Shown: piece by piece, positions 1-11,158 of the stretch | How the letters are laid out: each line of letters opens with the position of its first letter | Numbering within the stretch: the first letter of the stretch is position 1 | DNA from: Spirochaetia bacterium | GTDB taxonomy: Bacteria > Spirochaetota > Spirochaetia > WTKD01 > G963693115 | DNA length: 64,000 nucleotides | Direction: 5' to 3' | Assembly: GCA_965226055.1 (NCBI GenBank) | Contig: CBDDCA010000006.1 | Coordinates: forward strand, 480,001-544,000 | Notes under the pieces: model-generated | Seen by the model: the letters and a program-made list of their open reading frames with translations, nothing else | Told to the model about the DNA's origin: nothing | Database searches by the model: none | Translations under genes and position numbers: made by a program

Positions 1-433
1 CTGATAAATCAAGCATATGAGAACTAAACAATGGCATTTTCTGTGCATCATAAAATTTTCTATTTTCTTCTATCAATCCATCAACCCATGAAATAATCTT
101 GCGTTGACAATGATCGGTGTGTAAAATTACTGGCACCCCATATACTTGCGCCATTTTATGCACATGAAACGCTCCCGTGGCTGTTCCTATTACTTCTGCT
201 TTATCACTGTACTCTTTTGCATGTTTCCCTGCATTAAATAAGCCACCTCCATTTGAAAACTGAATCATAACAGGTGCTTGTGCCTTCTTTGCTGCATACA
301 ATGAAGCATTGATACTACTTGAACCCACAACATTCACGGCAGGTAACGCACATTTCTGTTCTTTACAATATTCAAATAATTCTTGTAATTGTTGCCCATA
401 TACTAATCCAGGCTTTAATGATAACTTTGACAT
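1..433 (-). CDS. fbaA: Class II fructose-bisphosphate aldolase, N-terminal part (runs off the window start)
   Basis: Manual translation from the ATG at 433: MSKLSLKPGLVYG...ALPAVNV...PVMIQFSNGG...PVILHTDHC...PLFSSHMLDLS. AAGGAG SD upstream. Not in the ORF track because it is truncated. Confidence 0.93.
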   Translation of the reverse strand, partial: MSKLSLKPGLVYGQQLQELFEYCKEQKCALPAVNVVGSSSINASLYAAKKAQAPVMIQFSNGGGLFNAGKHAKEYSDKAEVIGTATGAFHVHKMAQVYGVPVILHTDHCQRKIISWVDGLIEENRKFYDAQKMPLFSSHMLDLS

Positions 434-631
434 AAAAATCTCCTTATAATTGGTGTATCACCATAATTTTTTCATACTGTATTATGAGTATAGCACATAT
501 AAGATGTATTATATTTGCTCTTCTATATATCTTATTTTTATTGTTGATACCCTATCCATTTACTGCATGCCAATGCCATAGTATTTCTCTGATACAACAT
601 CCTATTCTCCTACCTCCTGTTTTTTTACCCC

Positions 632-1828
632 CTATTTTCCTACCCATAGTATACGGCTGACATACTGACTGTTCTGTATGCTTTCAAGCAAAGTTCCATA
701 ACTATACAATAACGAATCTTGCACTATCCCTGCACTGTTATTTACAGGATAAAAATCATTAAATACCGCATGTGCCTCTTTACTTTCTACTGCAAGTATC
801 ATATCCTTTCTGCTGTCACTTGCTCTTCCATGTGGCAACGATACATTTACTACTCCAGTTTCGGGATATATTATAGACTCTCTGTAAGATACCAGTGTAT
901 TTACTACAAACGATTGTACTGCCCCAAAACTATGAACATAAAACAAAGAAACATAGACAGAGCTTTCTTTTATCTGTGGAGTGTACCGTAACACAAAATA
1001 CTGATTTTCTCTCAATATACGATCTTTTGTATTTTCCAAATATGCTAGCTGATCGTTATCAACTACAAGCACTTCAATAGCATAAGGGTTGTAAGAAGAT
1101 GAGTACACAGTACCAATAAAATTATCAGCAAACTCCTTATCATTGAGTAACACTTGTGCATCTCCCATATGTACATACCAACTCTCATTTTTATACCCTA
1201 GCTGAAAATTACTCTTTATGCCTAGAGATACTAGTAACTTATAAAAGGGTAATTTTGTTTTAATATTGGCAGAAGCAAGTACAGAAGTATTATTTTTAGA
1301 AAAATCATGTGCTACATTAGCTGTCAATAATCGCGATCCTAAAGTACTCGTATCATACACCATTGCTACAAATATAGTGTTTCCTATTTTTTCACGCCTT
1401 AGTATTGAAGTATTTTGCAGTACAGCGTTACTCTGAGAAGTACTATTTACTACGGTAGTTTGTTCCACTACTGTACCATCACTCTCAATAATTGCTTTGT
1501 CCTGCACATTTCTTTCAACAATAACAGTAAGAGCATTGGTAATATCTGCAAGGGCTTGTGCTTCTGCTATTTCTTGACTATTGCCAGAGCCATATCCTAT
1601 TATCTGCTTTTTAGAGGGAGAAGAAAGCGTATAATACCATGCTGGTTCTTGCGAAAAAATCTCTGAGTTGTCTTCCTTACTCTGATATTCACTCTGTTCT
1701 ATAATACTATCATCACTCTCATGTTCCTGCTCTTCTTCATGTTCTGCTAGAGCATAAACAGTATGAGAAAAAAGAAACAGACAATATATACCATAGCCCC
1801 ATACCCACACTATTCTGTGCCAATACAT
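632..1828 (-). CDS. Exported LPP20-domain protein with a possible DUF4384-like C-terminal domain
   Basis: Signal peptide, acidic linker, LPP20-like PAWY...IIGYGSG...AEAQALADI motif. Sits next to a second LPP20 gene. Confidence 0.55.
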   Translation of the reverse strand: MYWHRIVWVWGYGIYCLFLFSHTVYALAEHEEEQEHESDDSIIEQSEYQSKEDNSEIFSQEPAWYYTLSSPSKKQIIGYGSGNSQEIAEAQALADITNALTVIVERNVQDKAIIESDGTVVEQTTVVNSTSQSNAVLQNTSILRREKIGNTIFVAMVYDTSTLGSRLLTANVAHDFSKNNTSVLASANIKTKLPFYKLLVSLGIKSNFQLGYKNESWYVHMGDAQVLLNDKEFADNFIGTVYSSSYNPYAIEVLVVDNDQLAYLENTKDRILRENQYFVLRYTPQIKESSVYVSLFYVHSFGAVQSFVVNTLVSYRESIIYPETGVVNVSLPHGRASDSRKDMILAVESKEAHAVFNDFYPVNNSAGIVQDSLLYSYGTLLESIQNSQYVSRILWVGK

Positions 1829-1875
1829 GCTATTCCTCAGTGTATTTTTTCATTTCTATGTATATGTATCCCATA

Positions 1876-1910
1876 TAAAAAAGGAAGGAATATCATTCCT
1901 TCCTTTTTTA
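1876..1910. terminator. Intrinsic terminator hairpin between the two LPP20-like genes
   Basis: taaaaaaggaaggaa-tatca-ttccttcctttttta: perfect inverted repeat with A/T tails. Confidence 0.8.
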
Positions 1911-1928
1911 TAACTATATCTGTCCTAC

Positions 1929-2525
1929 CTATTCTGTAATTGGGCGTGATGTAGTAGGGTTATTATTTAATTGCTGATCTAATCTATCAAACGCTTCACG
2001 AGCCTTAAATTCAGCAAAAGCGGCATCTTCATTTCTTTGAAATACCTCGCTTGCTGCCTTTAGTATATTTGCTTTAGGAAATGATACTAATGCATAAATA
2101 GTACCATCTTTTGAGTTTGCTATTTTTTCAGTAGTAGTGCCAGCAAGCGTAGTATCCGCTATCTGACGTGATACTGTTTCTATGAAAGTAATAAGCTGAC
2201 TATTACTAGACTCTCCCCCTTCTTGGGCATAATCATTGATAGTCGATTGTACTTGAGCACTAATTTGGAATGCTATATCATCCCTTGCACGACTGAGAGC
2301 TAATTTTTTTGACAGATCAAGTCTTTGTGTTTTTGCAACACCTACCCCGTATATCTTGTCATCAGCTTGTGGAGGATTGAGATAGAAATCAGGAACATCA
2401 CTAAAATCTTGCACCTCTCCTTTTGTAACATCTTCCTCATTGTTTGCTTGTTGAGACTTTGATTGACATCCCACCAGTACAAGTAATATCAATACTATTG
2501 CTATTACATATATATATTTTTTCAT
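1929..2525 (-). CDS. LPP20 family lipoprotein
   Basis: Start re-called at MKKYIY (2525) with AAGGAG SD. Lipobox LVGC, and VPDFYLNPP...IYGVGVA...ALSRARDDIA motif. Confidence 0.75.
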   Translation of the reverse strand: MKKYIYVIAIVLILLVLVGCQSKSQQANNEEDVTKGEVQDFSDVPDFYLNPPQADDKIYGVGVAKTQRLDLSKKLALSRARDDIAFQISAQVQSTINDYAQEGGESSNSQLITFIETVSRQIADTTLAGTTTEKIANSKDGTIYALVSFPKANILKAASEVFQRNEDAAFAEFKAREAFDRLDQQLNNNPTTSRPITE

Positions 2526-2577
2526 ATTCACTCCTTTGTGATAGTATTTAAGTACCATTACATGGTACTTCTTGCAT

Positions 2578-2607
2578 AGTATACTATATAACAATTATAT
2601 TAGTCAA
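2578..2607 (-). promoter_or_regulatory. Putative sigma70 promoter of the LPP20 lipoprotein
   Basis: TTGACT-N18-TATACT on the minus strand. Confidence 0.45.
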
Positions 2608-2665
2608 AAATAAAATTTCCAAGTATATTGCTCATAAAAAATTAAAACAATAGTATATATTCATT

Positions 2666-4303
2666 TTATAAAAATATCTTTTCATGTTTATTTCCATACA
2701 ACGAATCACGTAATTTCTGTATTTCTTCATCCTGAAGATATTCACTAAATGTCATTAACCTATCAATTACTCCACCAGGAGTAAATTCAATAATACGATT
2801 TGCAATAGTATCTATAAACTGTTGATCATGAGAATTAAATAACAGTACCCCTTTGTATTGTATAAGAGCATTATTTAAAGATGATATTGCTTCTAAATCA
2901 AGATGGTTTGTAGGTTCATCAAGCATAATAACATTAGGAGATTTCAACATAATTTTAGAAAACATACATCGTGCTTTCTCTCCCCCTGATAATACTGTTA
3001 CTGACTTAAATATATCATCCCCACTAAACAACAAACGTCCCAAAAAGCCACGTATATACTGATCATCATTCGATTCAGTAAATCCACGTAACCATTCAAA
3101 AATACTTTGATCTTGTACAAAATAATTACTATTATCACTGGGATAATAATCATATAGTATTGTTTGTCCCCAATGAATAGTTCCAGCATCCGCATGAGCA
3201 TTACCAGCAAGTATTTCAAACAGTATACGTTTGCATACATTCATTGAACCAACTAATGCAATTTTTTGTCCTTGCTCTACCTGTAGTGAATACTCTTTTA
3301 GTAGCACCTCTCCTTCATGAGACAAGGAGAGATTTTCAATTCCTAATACTGATTTTCCACACTCTTTCTCTACAGAAAAATGAAAATAAGGAATACGTCT
3401 TGACGATTGTGGCAACTGTTCAATGTCCAGTTTTTCAAGTAATTTTTTTCGTGATGTAGCTTGCTTTGCTCGTGCTTTATGAGACGAAAACCGTTGTATA
3501 AATTCTTGTAACTGTTCTTTTTGCTTCTCAGATCTTTTTTCATCAACCTTTTTTTGTTTCTGCATTAACTGGCTTGCTTCAAACCAAAAATCATAATTGC
3601 CTACATACGAACGGATACTCCCAAAATCTATGTCAAGTATATGGGTTGTTATCATATTCAAAAAATGCCTATTATGCGAAACAATAATGGCAATATTATC
3701 AAATTTAAGCAAAAAATCTTCTAGCCATTGAATGGACTCTAAATCTAAGCCATTCGTAGGCTCATCCATGAGTAAAATATCAGGATTACCAAACAAAGCT
3801 TGTGCAAGTAAAATACGAACTTTTTCTGATGGTTCTAACTCACTCATAGACTGACTCAGTACCGCATCAGTTAGCCCTAATCCATTGATTAAAGTACCTG
3901 CCTCAGATTCAGCTTCCCATCCACCAAGAGCAGCAAATTTTTCCTCATACTCTGCCGCTTTCAGTCCATCTTCTTCATTAAAATCTTCTTTACTATAAAT
4001 CTCATCCCGTGCCTTCATAATAGTATAGAGTTCTTCATGACCCATAAATATAGTTTCCTGCACAGAATAACTATCAAACATATTTTGATCCTGTCGCAGC
4101 ACTGCAATACGCATATTTTTTGCTTTACTTATGACACCACTATCTGATTCTTGTTCTCCTGACATAACACGCAAAAAAGTAGATTTTCCTGCACCATTAG
4201 CCCCAATTACTCCATAGATATTTCCAGGATGAAATACAAGATTGACCTCATCAAACAACTTTTTATCAGAAAATGAAAGACTTATATTTGATACTGTAAG
4301 CAT
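2666..4303 (-). CDS. ABC-F family ATPase (YbiT/YkpA-like ribosome-associated factor)
   Basis: Two NBDs (GANGAGKST, LLMDEPTN, LSGGEKAR, MLDEPTNHLD) with an inter-domain linker and no membrane domain. The second Walker A is degenerate. Confidence 0.9.
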   Translation of the reverse strand: MLTVSNISLSFSDKKLFDEVNLVFHPGNIYGVIGANGAGKSTFLRVMSGEQESDSGVISKAKNMRIAVLRQDQNMFDSYSVQETIFMGHEELYTIMKARDEIYSKEDFNEEDGLKAAEYEEKFAALGGWEAESEAGTLINGLGLTDAVLSQSMSELEPSEKVRILLAQALFGNPDILLMDEPTNGLDLESIQWLEDFLLKFDNIAIIVSHNRHFLNMITTHILDIDFGSIRSYVGNYDFWFEASQLMQKQKKVDEKRSEKQKEQLQEFIQRFSSHKARAKQATSRKKLLEKLDIEQLPQSSRRIPYFHFSVEKECGKSVLGIENLSLSHEGEVLLKEYSLQVEQGQKIALVGSMNVCKRILFEILAGNAHADAGTIHWGQTILYDYYPSDNSNYFVQDQSIFEWLRGFTESNDDQYIRGFLGRLLFSGDDIFKSVTVLSGGEKARCMFSKIMLKSPNVIMLDEPTNHLDLEAISSLNNALIQYKGVLLFNSHDQQFIDTIANRIIEFTPGGVIDRLMTFSEYLQDEEIQKLRDSLYGNKHEKIFL

Positions 4304-4365
4304 ACTTATTGCTAGTATAACAGAAATAAGAATATAAGGGAATTTCCAAAAGAAAATTTAATACA

Positions 4366-5190
4366 CTATGCCTTTGATTGCTTTGATGCTAATATCTGTA
4401 CACACACAAGCAACAAAGAAACAGTAAGCACAACACTGGCCATGTACCACGGAGCAAGCACTACGCTACTTTTCGCATCATAGAGCATATTACCTATACT
4501 AGGTTCTGGCTTTGCAATACCAAACCCTAAATAACTTAATCCTGCTTCTATACTTATAGCTATTGATATGAGAGAAATTAATTGTTGTAACAATTTTGGT
4601 ACAAGAAACGGAAATATATGCTTTACAATAATATGAATAGTACTCATACCAAAACTACGAGCAATAGTAATATACTCCTTTTGCATATAAAAATGTATAT
4701 CTTGTATGCTTGCTCTAAATACAAGAGGAATAAAAGCCATACACTGTCCAATAATAATAAATATCTTTCCACTGCCATATAAAGAAACTAGCATAAGACA
4801 CACTAAAAACACAGGGATAGCCAAGATAATATCAATAACTATTTCAGCCATATATACCCATACAGATCCTAAACTTACTACCACTATCGCAAGAATAAGA
4901 CCTATACTTGTCGCAATACACACAGCAAACACTGAAACCAACATCGTATTATGCACTGCAACCACAAGACGACTAAAAATATCTCTTCCAAAAGAATCAG
5001 TTCCTAGTATATGGCTACGACTAGGACTTTGTAATCTATTGTCAAGATCCTGCTCATACGGATTCAAATATGTAAATGGCAAAAAAGATGTTTGCTTTAC
5101 TGAAAAAAAAGTACCGTAGACAATGCTCCCATATAAGACAACACATACTACACAGAGTACCCTATACTTCCTCATGTTTGAGCCCATCAT
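4366..5190 (-). CDS. Peptide/nickel ABC transporter permease (DppC/OppC-like)
   Basis: HILGTDSFGRDIFSRL, EAA-like loop EYITIARSFG, EAGLSYLGFG. Confidence 0.85.
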   Translation of the reverse strand: MMGSNMRKYRVLCVVCVVLYGSIVYGTFFSVKQTSFLPFTYLNPYEQDLDNRLQSPSRSHILGTDSFGRDIFSRLVVAVHNTMLVSVFAVCIATSIGLILAIVVVSLGSVWVYMAEIVIDIILAIPVFLVCLMLVSLYGSGKIFIIIGQCMAFIPLVFRASIQDIHFYMQKEYITIARSFGMSTIHIIVKHIFPFLVPKLLQQLISLISIAISIEAGLSYLGFGIAKPEPSIGNMLYDAKSSVVLAPWYMASVVLTVSLLLVCVQILASKQSKA

Positions 5191-5216
5191 ACTATCCTTA
5201 ATTATTGCATTGATTA

Positions 5217-6740
5217 TTAAAACAACTGTGTTTTACGAAAATCATATCGTTCAAGAATCTTATCAAACTCAAAGATCCCTACTCGATTTGTCACTCCAAA
5301 AGACACCTCATTTTCTGCAATAAACACAAAAGGATAATGCTGTGTCATTATTCGCAATGCTGATTGATATAATTGGGCTCTTAGTGTAGTATCAGTTGTT
5401 ACACGCGCTTTATCTACAAGAGAAACAAAATTATCATTTTTCCATCCTATATAAGAAGCTCCTTTTCCAAAATTACTTAATCGTAGATCAGGATCTAACT
5501 TTCCTGTATGACCAATAACAGTGAAATCAAACATTCCTTGACGATACACACGATTAAGCCATACACTCCAATCTATTTCTTCTATAACAGTAGAAACACC
5601 AACTTCAACCAACATTTTCTGATACATTTCTGCTGCACGAACATGGGGAGGAAATGCATTCGGAACACTAATAGTAAGCGTTTTATGTATAGGGTTATTT
5701 TTGAAATACATTTTTGATCTTTCAACATCATAAAGAGAAGGAACATCAAGAAAAAATTCACTGTCTCTATGCCAAAACACATTAAGTTCATTGCCTCCAT
5801 TATATGCAATGTCTATAACTTTCTTTTTATCTATAGCTTGTGCTATCGCTCTTCGTGTTTCTAATACCGATAAATCAGGATGTCGCCCATTCATTGCTAA
5901 TACTAAAATAGTAGAACCAGATTTGCGTAACACTTTTAAGGCATCATTTAACTTAACCTGCTCACTTTCTATTTTTTCAAGATACGGAACAATATCTACT
6001 TCTTTTTTATATAAGGCTTGTAATTGTGAATTCCTATCCTTAATAATAATAAACGCAATTTTGTGTAGGTACACAGAGTCACGATATTCTGTATTTTTTT
6101 GCAATCGAATAACCCTGTTTTGTTGCCATTCCTGAAAAAGAAAAGGCCCTGTTCCTACTGGTTCTACATTAAAATTATGCCCTTTCCCTATTAAATCAGC
6201 AGGAAGAATCACGCTTTCAGGAGAACTCAGAAACGCCTTAAACCCACTATGCTCATATTTTAGCTCTATTTTGACCGTATAATCATCTTCGGCTATAATA
6301 TCATGTATAATAGCATATTGCTCTGCAAAAGAAGATGCAGTTTCTCCCCCTTTCTCTTTCAAGCGAAAAAGACTAGCAATGACATCTTCAGCATGTAATT
6401 GCTTTTTATGATGAAACACTATATCTTTTCTTAATACCAATATCCACGTTTTTCCCCCATCTGTCACTTCGTACCTCTCAACAAGCAAAGGAGTACCATC
6501 AGAATTAAAAAGAGATTCATATATACTATTGTTAACTTGTGAAGTAATTGTTGCTCCAGTCCTATGAGGATCAAGTGTGTCAGGATTTCCACTTAATACC
6601 ACCCGAAGCTCTTTCTCACCAGGGCCAGCATCACAAGACACAAGAACACTCCCTACTATAAAAATAATACATATTATCACAAAAACAATAGTATATGTAC
6701 ACTTGCCTACTCTATATATATGCTTAGCTTGCATGTCCAT
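5217..6740 (-). CDS. Family 5 ABC substrate-binding lipoprotein (Opp/Dpp/Nik type)
   Basis: Lipobox LVSC, PDTLDPH, PVGTGPF, RRAIAQAID. AGGAGG SD upstream. Confidence 0.88.
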   Translation of the reverse strand: MDMQAKHIYRVGKCTYTIVFVIICIIFIVGSVLVSCDAGPGEKELRVVLSGNPDTLDPHRTGATITSQVNNSIYESLFNSDGTPLLVERYEVTDGGKTWILVLRKDIVFHHKKQLHAEDVIASLFRLKEKGGETASSFAEQYAIIHDIIAEDDYTVKIELKYEHSGFKAFLSSPESVILPADLIGKGHNFNVEPVGTGPFLFQEWQQNRVIRLQKNTEYRDSVYLHKIAFIIIKDRNSQLQALYKKEVDIVPYLEKIESEQVKLNDALKVLRKSGSTILVLAMNGRHPDLSVLETRRAIAQAIDKKKVIDIAYNGGNELNVFWHRDSEFFLDVPSLYDVERSKMYFKNNPIHKTLTISVPNAFPPHVRAAEMYQKMLVEVGVSTVIEEIDWSVWLNRVYRQGMFDFTVIGHTGKLDPDLRLSNFGKGASYIGWKNDNFVSLVDKARVTTDTTLRAQLYQSALRIMTQHYPFVFIAENEVSFGVTNRVGIFEFDKILERYDFRKTQLF

Positions 6741-7012
6741 AACCCTCCTTTTTAGAAAAATATATCACCAATAAACATGTATTTTTATTATTTTTATACA
6801 ATATAACAACACATACTTTTATACATTCCTGCCTCTATTGTAGTATAGTATCATTTATAGATTCAAGAATAATCAATATAGCTATGGATGGCAAAACAGC
6901 ACAGTACCCAAAGGATAAAACTGATAAAACAGTATGTCCCTCATCGTAGGAATAGCAGAGAGGAAAGAGAGTATATATGCAAAATCAATACATACTCACA
7001 AAAAATAATATC

Positions 7013-8128
7013 CTACACAAATGAAGAAAGTTTTTGAAACTGTAAGTACACTTTATCACCAGCTTTATACTTATATTGTTCCCATTCATTTTCTGAGATA
7101 CTTGCTTCAATAATTTTTGTATGCACTTTCTCTTTATCAGTGTTTGCATCATTGTGTCCCGTTTCTTCGTGCATATCTACTTTGATATCGAGGTGTACTG
7201 TGTTTGCTATAAAACTTACTCGTATGATAGTACCTTGTAACTCTTTTTCAGACGAAGCGTTTTTTGTATGTACTGCTGTAAGAGGATACACTTGTATTTC
7301 ATGAGGACGTACATATATTTGCTGTACTTCTGAATCTATAAATTCTTCCTGTGCTGATGGAGTAAAATGCACAAGATTGTGTTGCTTAAACCGTCCATGA
7401 AATACATTTACTACTCCTAAAAATTCGTATACAAAAGAATTTACTGGAGAGGTATAAATATCACGTGGAGATCCTACTTGTTCAAGTATACCTTGATTAA
7501 ACAGTGCTACTTCATCTGATATTTCAAGAGCTTCCTCTTGATCATGTGTTACCAAAATAGTGGTGATGTGTATTTCTTCATGCAAATTACGAAGCCAACG
7601 CCTTAATTCTCTGCGAACAGTTGCATCAAGTGCCCCAAATGGTTCGTCCAGTAATAATATTTTAGGCCGAATAGCAAGCACTCGTGCAAGTGCTATACGC
7701 TGTTGCTGTCCTCCTGATAATTGACTTGGATATTTCTTACTCTGATTATCAAGCTGTACTAGACTCAGTACTTCATGTACTCGTTCAAAAAGTGCTTCTT
7801 TTGATAAACGCTCTTTTTTAGGTTTTACTGTCAACCCAAAAGCCACATTATCAAATACAGTCATATGTTGAAACAAAGCATAATGCTGAAAAACAAAACC
7901 CACATTACGTATCTTTGATTTTTCATAGGTAATGTCATCGCCATTAAGAAATAACTTTCCAGAACTAGGGTATTCTAATCCAGATATAATACGTAACAGA
8001 GTAGTTTTACCACAACCAGATGGTCCTAAAAACGAAGTAAGTTTTCCTTCTTTTATCTTAATAGAAATATCTTGCAGAGCAACATGTTCCCCAAAAGATT
8101 TGCTAATATTCTGTAACTCTAATCTCAT
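7013..8128 (-). CDS. cysA: Sulfate/thiosulfate ABC transporter ATPase
   Basis: [37 protein letters not shown]-terminal TOBE-like region, operon context. Confidence 0.93.
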   Translation of the reverse strand: MRLELQNISKSFGEHVALQDISIKIKEGKLTSFLGPSGCGKTTLLRIISGLEYPSSGKLFLNGDDITYEKSKIRNVGFVFQHYALFQHMTVFDNVAFGLTVKPKKERLSKEALFERVHEVLSLVQLDNQSKKYPSQLSGGQQQRIALARVLAIRPKILLLDEPFGALDATVRRELRRWLRNLHEEIHITTILVTHDQEEALEISDEVALFNQGILEQVGSPRDIYTSPVNSFVYEFLGVVNVFHGRFKQHNLVHFTPSAQEEFIDSEVQQIYVRPHEIQVYPLTAVHTKNASSEKELQGTIIRVSFIANTVHLDIKVDMHEETGHNDANTDKEKVHTKIIEASISENEWEQYKYKAGDKVYLQFQKLSSFV

Positions 8129-8940
8129 ACATACTTCCTTTTCTTTTCTATTATCTGTTTTGAAACAAGCGTTACTATAGACAATAAGACAAATAATGTT
8201 GCAGATACAAATGCCTGTGAAGAAAGATATTCATTATAAAATATATGTACTTGCAAAGGGAGAGTCACTGTTTTTCTACGAATAAAGCCCGATACCACTG
8301 AAGCTGCTCCAAACTCGCCTGCTCCTCGTGCTAATGCTAAAATCATACCATAAAGAAGCGCCCATTTTACTCGCGGCAATGTAATACGAAACAAAATATG
8401 AAACATATTTGCTCCAAGCATATATCCCATTTCCTCTTGTTGTTTCCCTAGCTCTTGCATAGCAGGAATAAGGGTACGCGCCACATAAGGAAGTGTAATG
8501 CTTACATTTGTAAGAATGAGTGCAGGAAAAGAAAATATAACTACAAATCCAGCATTTTCAAGGTAGCTTCCAATAACACCATATTTCCCATACAGTATCA
8601 TGAACATGAGACCAATAATAACTGGTGACACAGAGAGAGGTAAATCAATAAGACTTACTAATACTCGCTTTCCCTTAAAGTCAAAATACGCTATACACCA
8701 GGCAGCACAAAAGCCAAAAATTCCTGATATGCATACTGATATCAGTGTTACCACTATTGAAAGCTGTAATGCTATTCGAACATTACTACTGAGAATAGTG
8801 CTGAAAAAAAACGATATTCCTTTTGAAAAAGCTTCAAAGCCTAGCGCAATAAGAGGAAGCACCAGCAATAATACTACAGTGAACATAGTAATAAAAATAG
8901 CTATTACTCTTGTATATTGAAATTTATTATTCATACCCAT
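8125..8940 (-). CDS. cysW: Sulfate ABC transporter permease
   Basis: [36 protein letters not shown]. Confidence 0.9.
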   Translation of the reverse strand: MGMNNKFQYTRVIAIFITMFTVVLLLVLPLIALGFEAFSKGISFFFSTILSSNVRIALQLSIVVTLISVCISGIFGFCAAWCIAYFDFKGKRVLVSLIDLPLSVSPVIIGLMFMILYGKYGVIGSYLENAGFVVIFSFPALILTNVSITLPYVARTLIPAMQELGKQQEEMGYMLGANMFHILFRITLPRVKWALLYGMILALARGAGEFGAASVVSGFIRRKTVTLPLQVHIFYNEYLSSQAFVSATLFVLLSIVTLVSKQIIEKKRKYV

Positions 8941-8955
8941 CCTTTCTTATACTCC

Positions 8956-9798
8956 TTAACGCTTATTATTCTTTCGCATACTACTTTGTAACATATTGAT
9001 AGAAAATAAGACAATAAAAGAAATAAATAATAACACAGTAGAAACTGCCATTGCTCCTTCTAAGTCATATTGATCTATTTTATTATAAATATAACGTGAT
9101 ATAACCTCACTCTTGAGAGGAATATTACCAGCTACAAAAATAACCGTGCCATACTCTCCAATTGATCGAGCAAAAGAAAGAATAAAACCTGTAATGATTC
9201 CTGGCATAAGTGCAGGCAGCTGTACACGAAAAAAAATATGTATTGGGTTTGCTCCCAATAACCTTGCAGCTTGCTCTTCATTTCTATCCAGTTGTTGAAT
9301 AAGGGGTTGTACCGAACGTACACAAAAAGGCAATGTTACAAATAACAAGCCTATAAAAATTCCAAACTGATTGTATACTAACTGTATTCCAAAAAAATGA
9401 AATATGCTCCCAATCATCCCATTTTTTCCAAATACAGTTGCAAGAGCTATCCCTCCCACCGCACCGGGCAAAGCAAACGGTAAATCAATAATAGCATCTA
9501 CTACACTACTGCCTAAAAATTTATATCGTACAATAGACCACGCAATAACAAACCCCAGTAAAGCATTTATTACTGCAACAAAAAAAGCATATCGCAAAGT
9601 AATAAAAAAAGCAGCTATAGCAGCAGGTCGACTTAGTAATTGTACTACCTGTGAAAAAGATAGGGTAAATGTACCTCCTATTATTGCCGAAATAGGAAAA
9701 AGCACAAAAAACCCTAACACACTAAGTGTAATCCCCATACTCAAAGAAAATCCAGGTAATATATTTTTACGTAACACTGTAGATGATGATACTGGCAT
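8956..9798 (-). CDS. cysT: Sulfate ABC transporter permease
   Basis: LPGFSLSMG, DAIIDLPFALP, FARSIGEYG, AGNIP. Confidence 0.9.
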   Translation of the reverse strand: MPVSSSTVLRKNILPGFSLSMGITLSVLGFFVLFPISAIIGGTFTLSFSQVVQLLSRPAAIAAFFITLRYAFFVAVINALLGFVIAWSIVRYKFLGSSVVDAIIDLPFALPGAVGGIALATVFGKNGMIGSIFHFFGIQLVYNQFGIFIGLLFVTLPFCVRSVQPLIQQLDRNEEQAARLLGANPIHIFFRVQLPALMPGIITGFILSFARSIGEYGTVIFVAGNIPLKSEVISRYIYNKIDQYDLEGAMAVSTVLLFISFIVLFSINMLQSSMRKNNKR

Positions 9799-9808
9799 CT
9801 ATTTCCCT

Positions 9809-10915
9809 CTAATTTCTTCCCGTTTCTTCATATATACTCGCTACTACCCCTTCATCAGAAAATAACTTTTCTTGCACTGACTTCCATCCACCAAATACTG
9901 TATCTATATCAAATAATTCTATGTTAGGCAAGACATGGGTATACTGTGACGCTACCGATGTATTTATTGGTCTAAAAAATGTCTTTGCCACTATCTCTTG
10001 CCCTTCATCAGTATAGATGAAATCCCAAAAAGCCTTAGCAGCATCATATTGTTTCTGCCCTTTTTTCTTTGCATTTTCTTCTACAACTACAACATATATT
10101 TTTGCATCAACTCCATAACTTGGCACTATTACCTCAAAATCATCTGGAGCAAGATCGCGTACAATAAGGTTTACCTCTGCCTCAAATGTAAGTAACACAT
10201 CACCTTGACCACGCTCAACAAAAACATTCGTTGCTGCACGTCCTCCTGATGCAAGTACCACTGTATTGCCAATGAGCTCTCGTACAAAATCTTTCGCTAC
10301 AGCATCACTTTTCGTTCCTCCCTGATACTTATGTAATCCATACGCATACGCAGTAAGTAAGCTATAACGACCATTTCCAGTAGAACGGTAGTTAGGAGCA
10401 ATTACTTCCACTCCCTCTCTAATAAGATCGTCCCAATCTTGTATATTTTTAGGATTTCCCTTACGTACTACAAATGCCATTGTAGAGCTTGCAGGACTAC
10501 TATTATTAGGATACTTTGATTGCCAATCTTCAGGAATAAGAGCTCCCTCAGGAGTATCTTTTGAACGCTCATACAATAAATCAATATCAAGATACTGATT
10601 CATACTCACCACATCTGCAGGCAGCCCATCAGACACAGCTCTTGCTTGACGACTTGATCCTCCATTCGATTGTTCAATAGCAACTTCTATTCCACTTTTT
10701 TCCTTATACCATGGAATAAACCCCTCTGTTAATTGCTTTCCAATTTCCCGTGCAATATCAAAAGATACATGCAGTAACGTAATATCATGCGTACCTGTAT
10801 CCTCCGAACCATCTGTTGCTACACTATCACGCTTCTCATTATTCACACCAAGCACAATAAATAACAATACTGCTACTACAGCAATAGCTAAAAATAATAT
10901 CACTTTCTTATTCAT
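9809..10915 (-). CDS. sbp: Sulfate/thiosulfate-binding protein (Sbp/CysP)
   Basis: QSNGGSSRQARAV, VRKGNPKNIQDWDDL, GGRAATNVFVERGQGDVL. Confidence 0.9.
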   Translation of the reverse strand: MNKKVILFLAIAVVAVLLFIVLGVNNEKRDSVATDGSEDTGTHDITLLHVSFDIAREIGKQLTEGFIPWYKEKSGIEVAIEQSNGGSSRQARAVSDGLPADVVSMNQYLDIDLLYERSKDTPEGALIPEDWQSKYPNNSSPASSTMAFVVRKGNPKNIQDWDDLIREGVEVIAPNYRSTGNGRYSLLTAYAYGLHKYQGGTKSDAVAKDFVRELIGNTVVLASGGRAATNVFVERGQGDVLLTFEAEVNLIVRDLAPDDFEVIVPSYGVDAKIYVVVVEENAKKKGQKQYDAAKAFWDFIYTDEGQEIVAKTFFRPINTSVASQYTHVLPNIELFDIDTVFGGWKSVQEKLFSDEGVVASIYEETGRN

Positions 10916-10959
10916 ATTTACTCCTTATTATTTATATAAATATATGTTAATATGTTTAT

Positions 10960-10988
10960 ATATTAGTAAAATAAAAATAGTATGTCAA
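10960..10988 (-). promoter_or_regulatory. Sigma70 promoter of the sulfate ABC operon
   Basis: TTGACA-N17-TAATAT on the minus strand. Confidence 0.65.
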
Positions 10989-11034
10989 GGACTATTTTAA
11001 AAAATAAAAAAGAACATAATAAAGATAATTCCAT

Positions 11035-11077
11035 AAAAAAACGTGGTAATCCGAAGATGTACCACGTTGTTTCTTTT
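11035..11077. terminator. Hairpin terminator downstream of the isomerase gene
   Basis: aaaaaa-acgtggta...taccacgt-tgtttctttt. Confidence 0.6.
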
Positions 11078-11158
11078 ATTCTATTTCTCCTCTATTTAGG
11101 AGATAAAACCTTTTATATATATTACCACTTATAATACCACAGTACTACAGTTGTGTCC

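Noticed and set aside
6741-7012. Riboswitch or sRNA between cysA and the family 5 binding protein
   Set aside because: No recognisable SAM, cobalamin, TPP or T-box consensus by eye; an Rfam scan would be needed.
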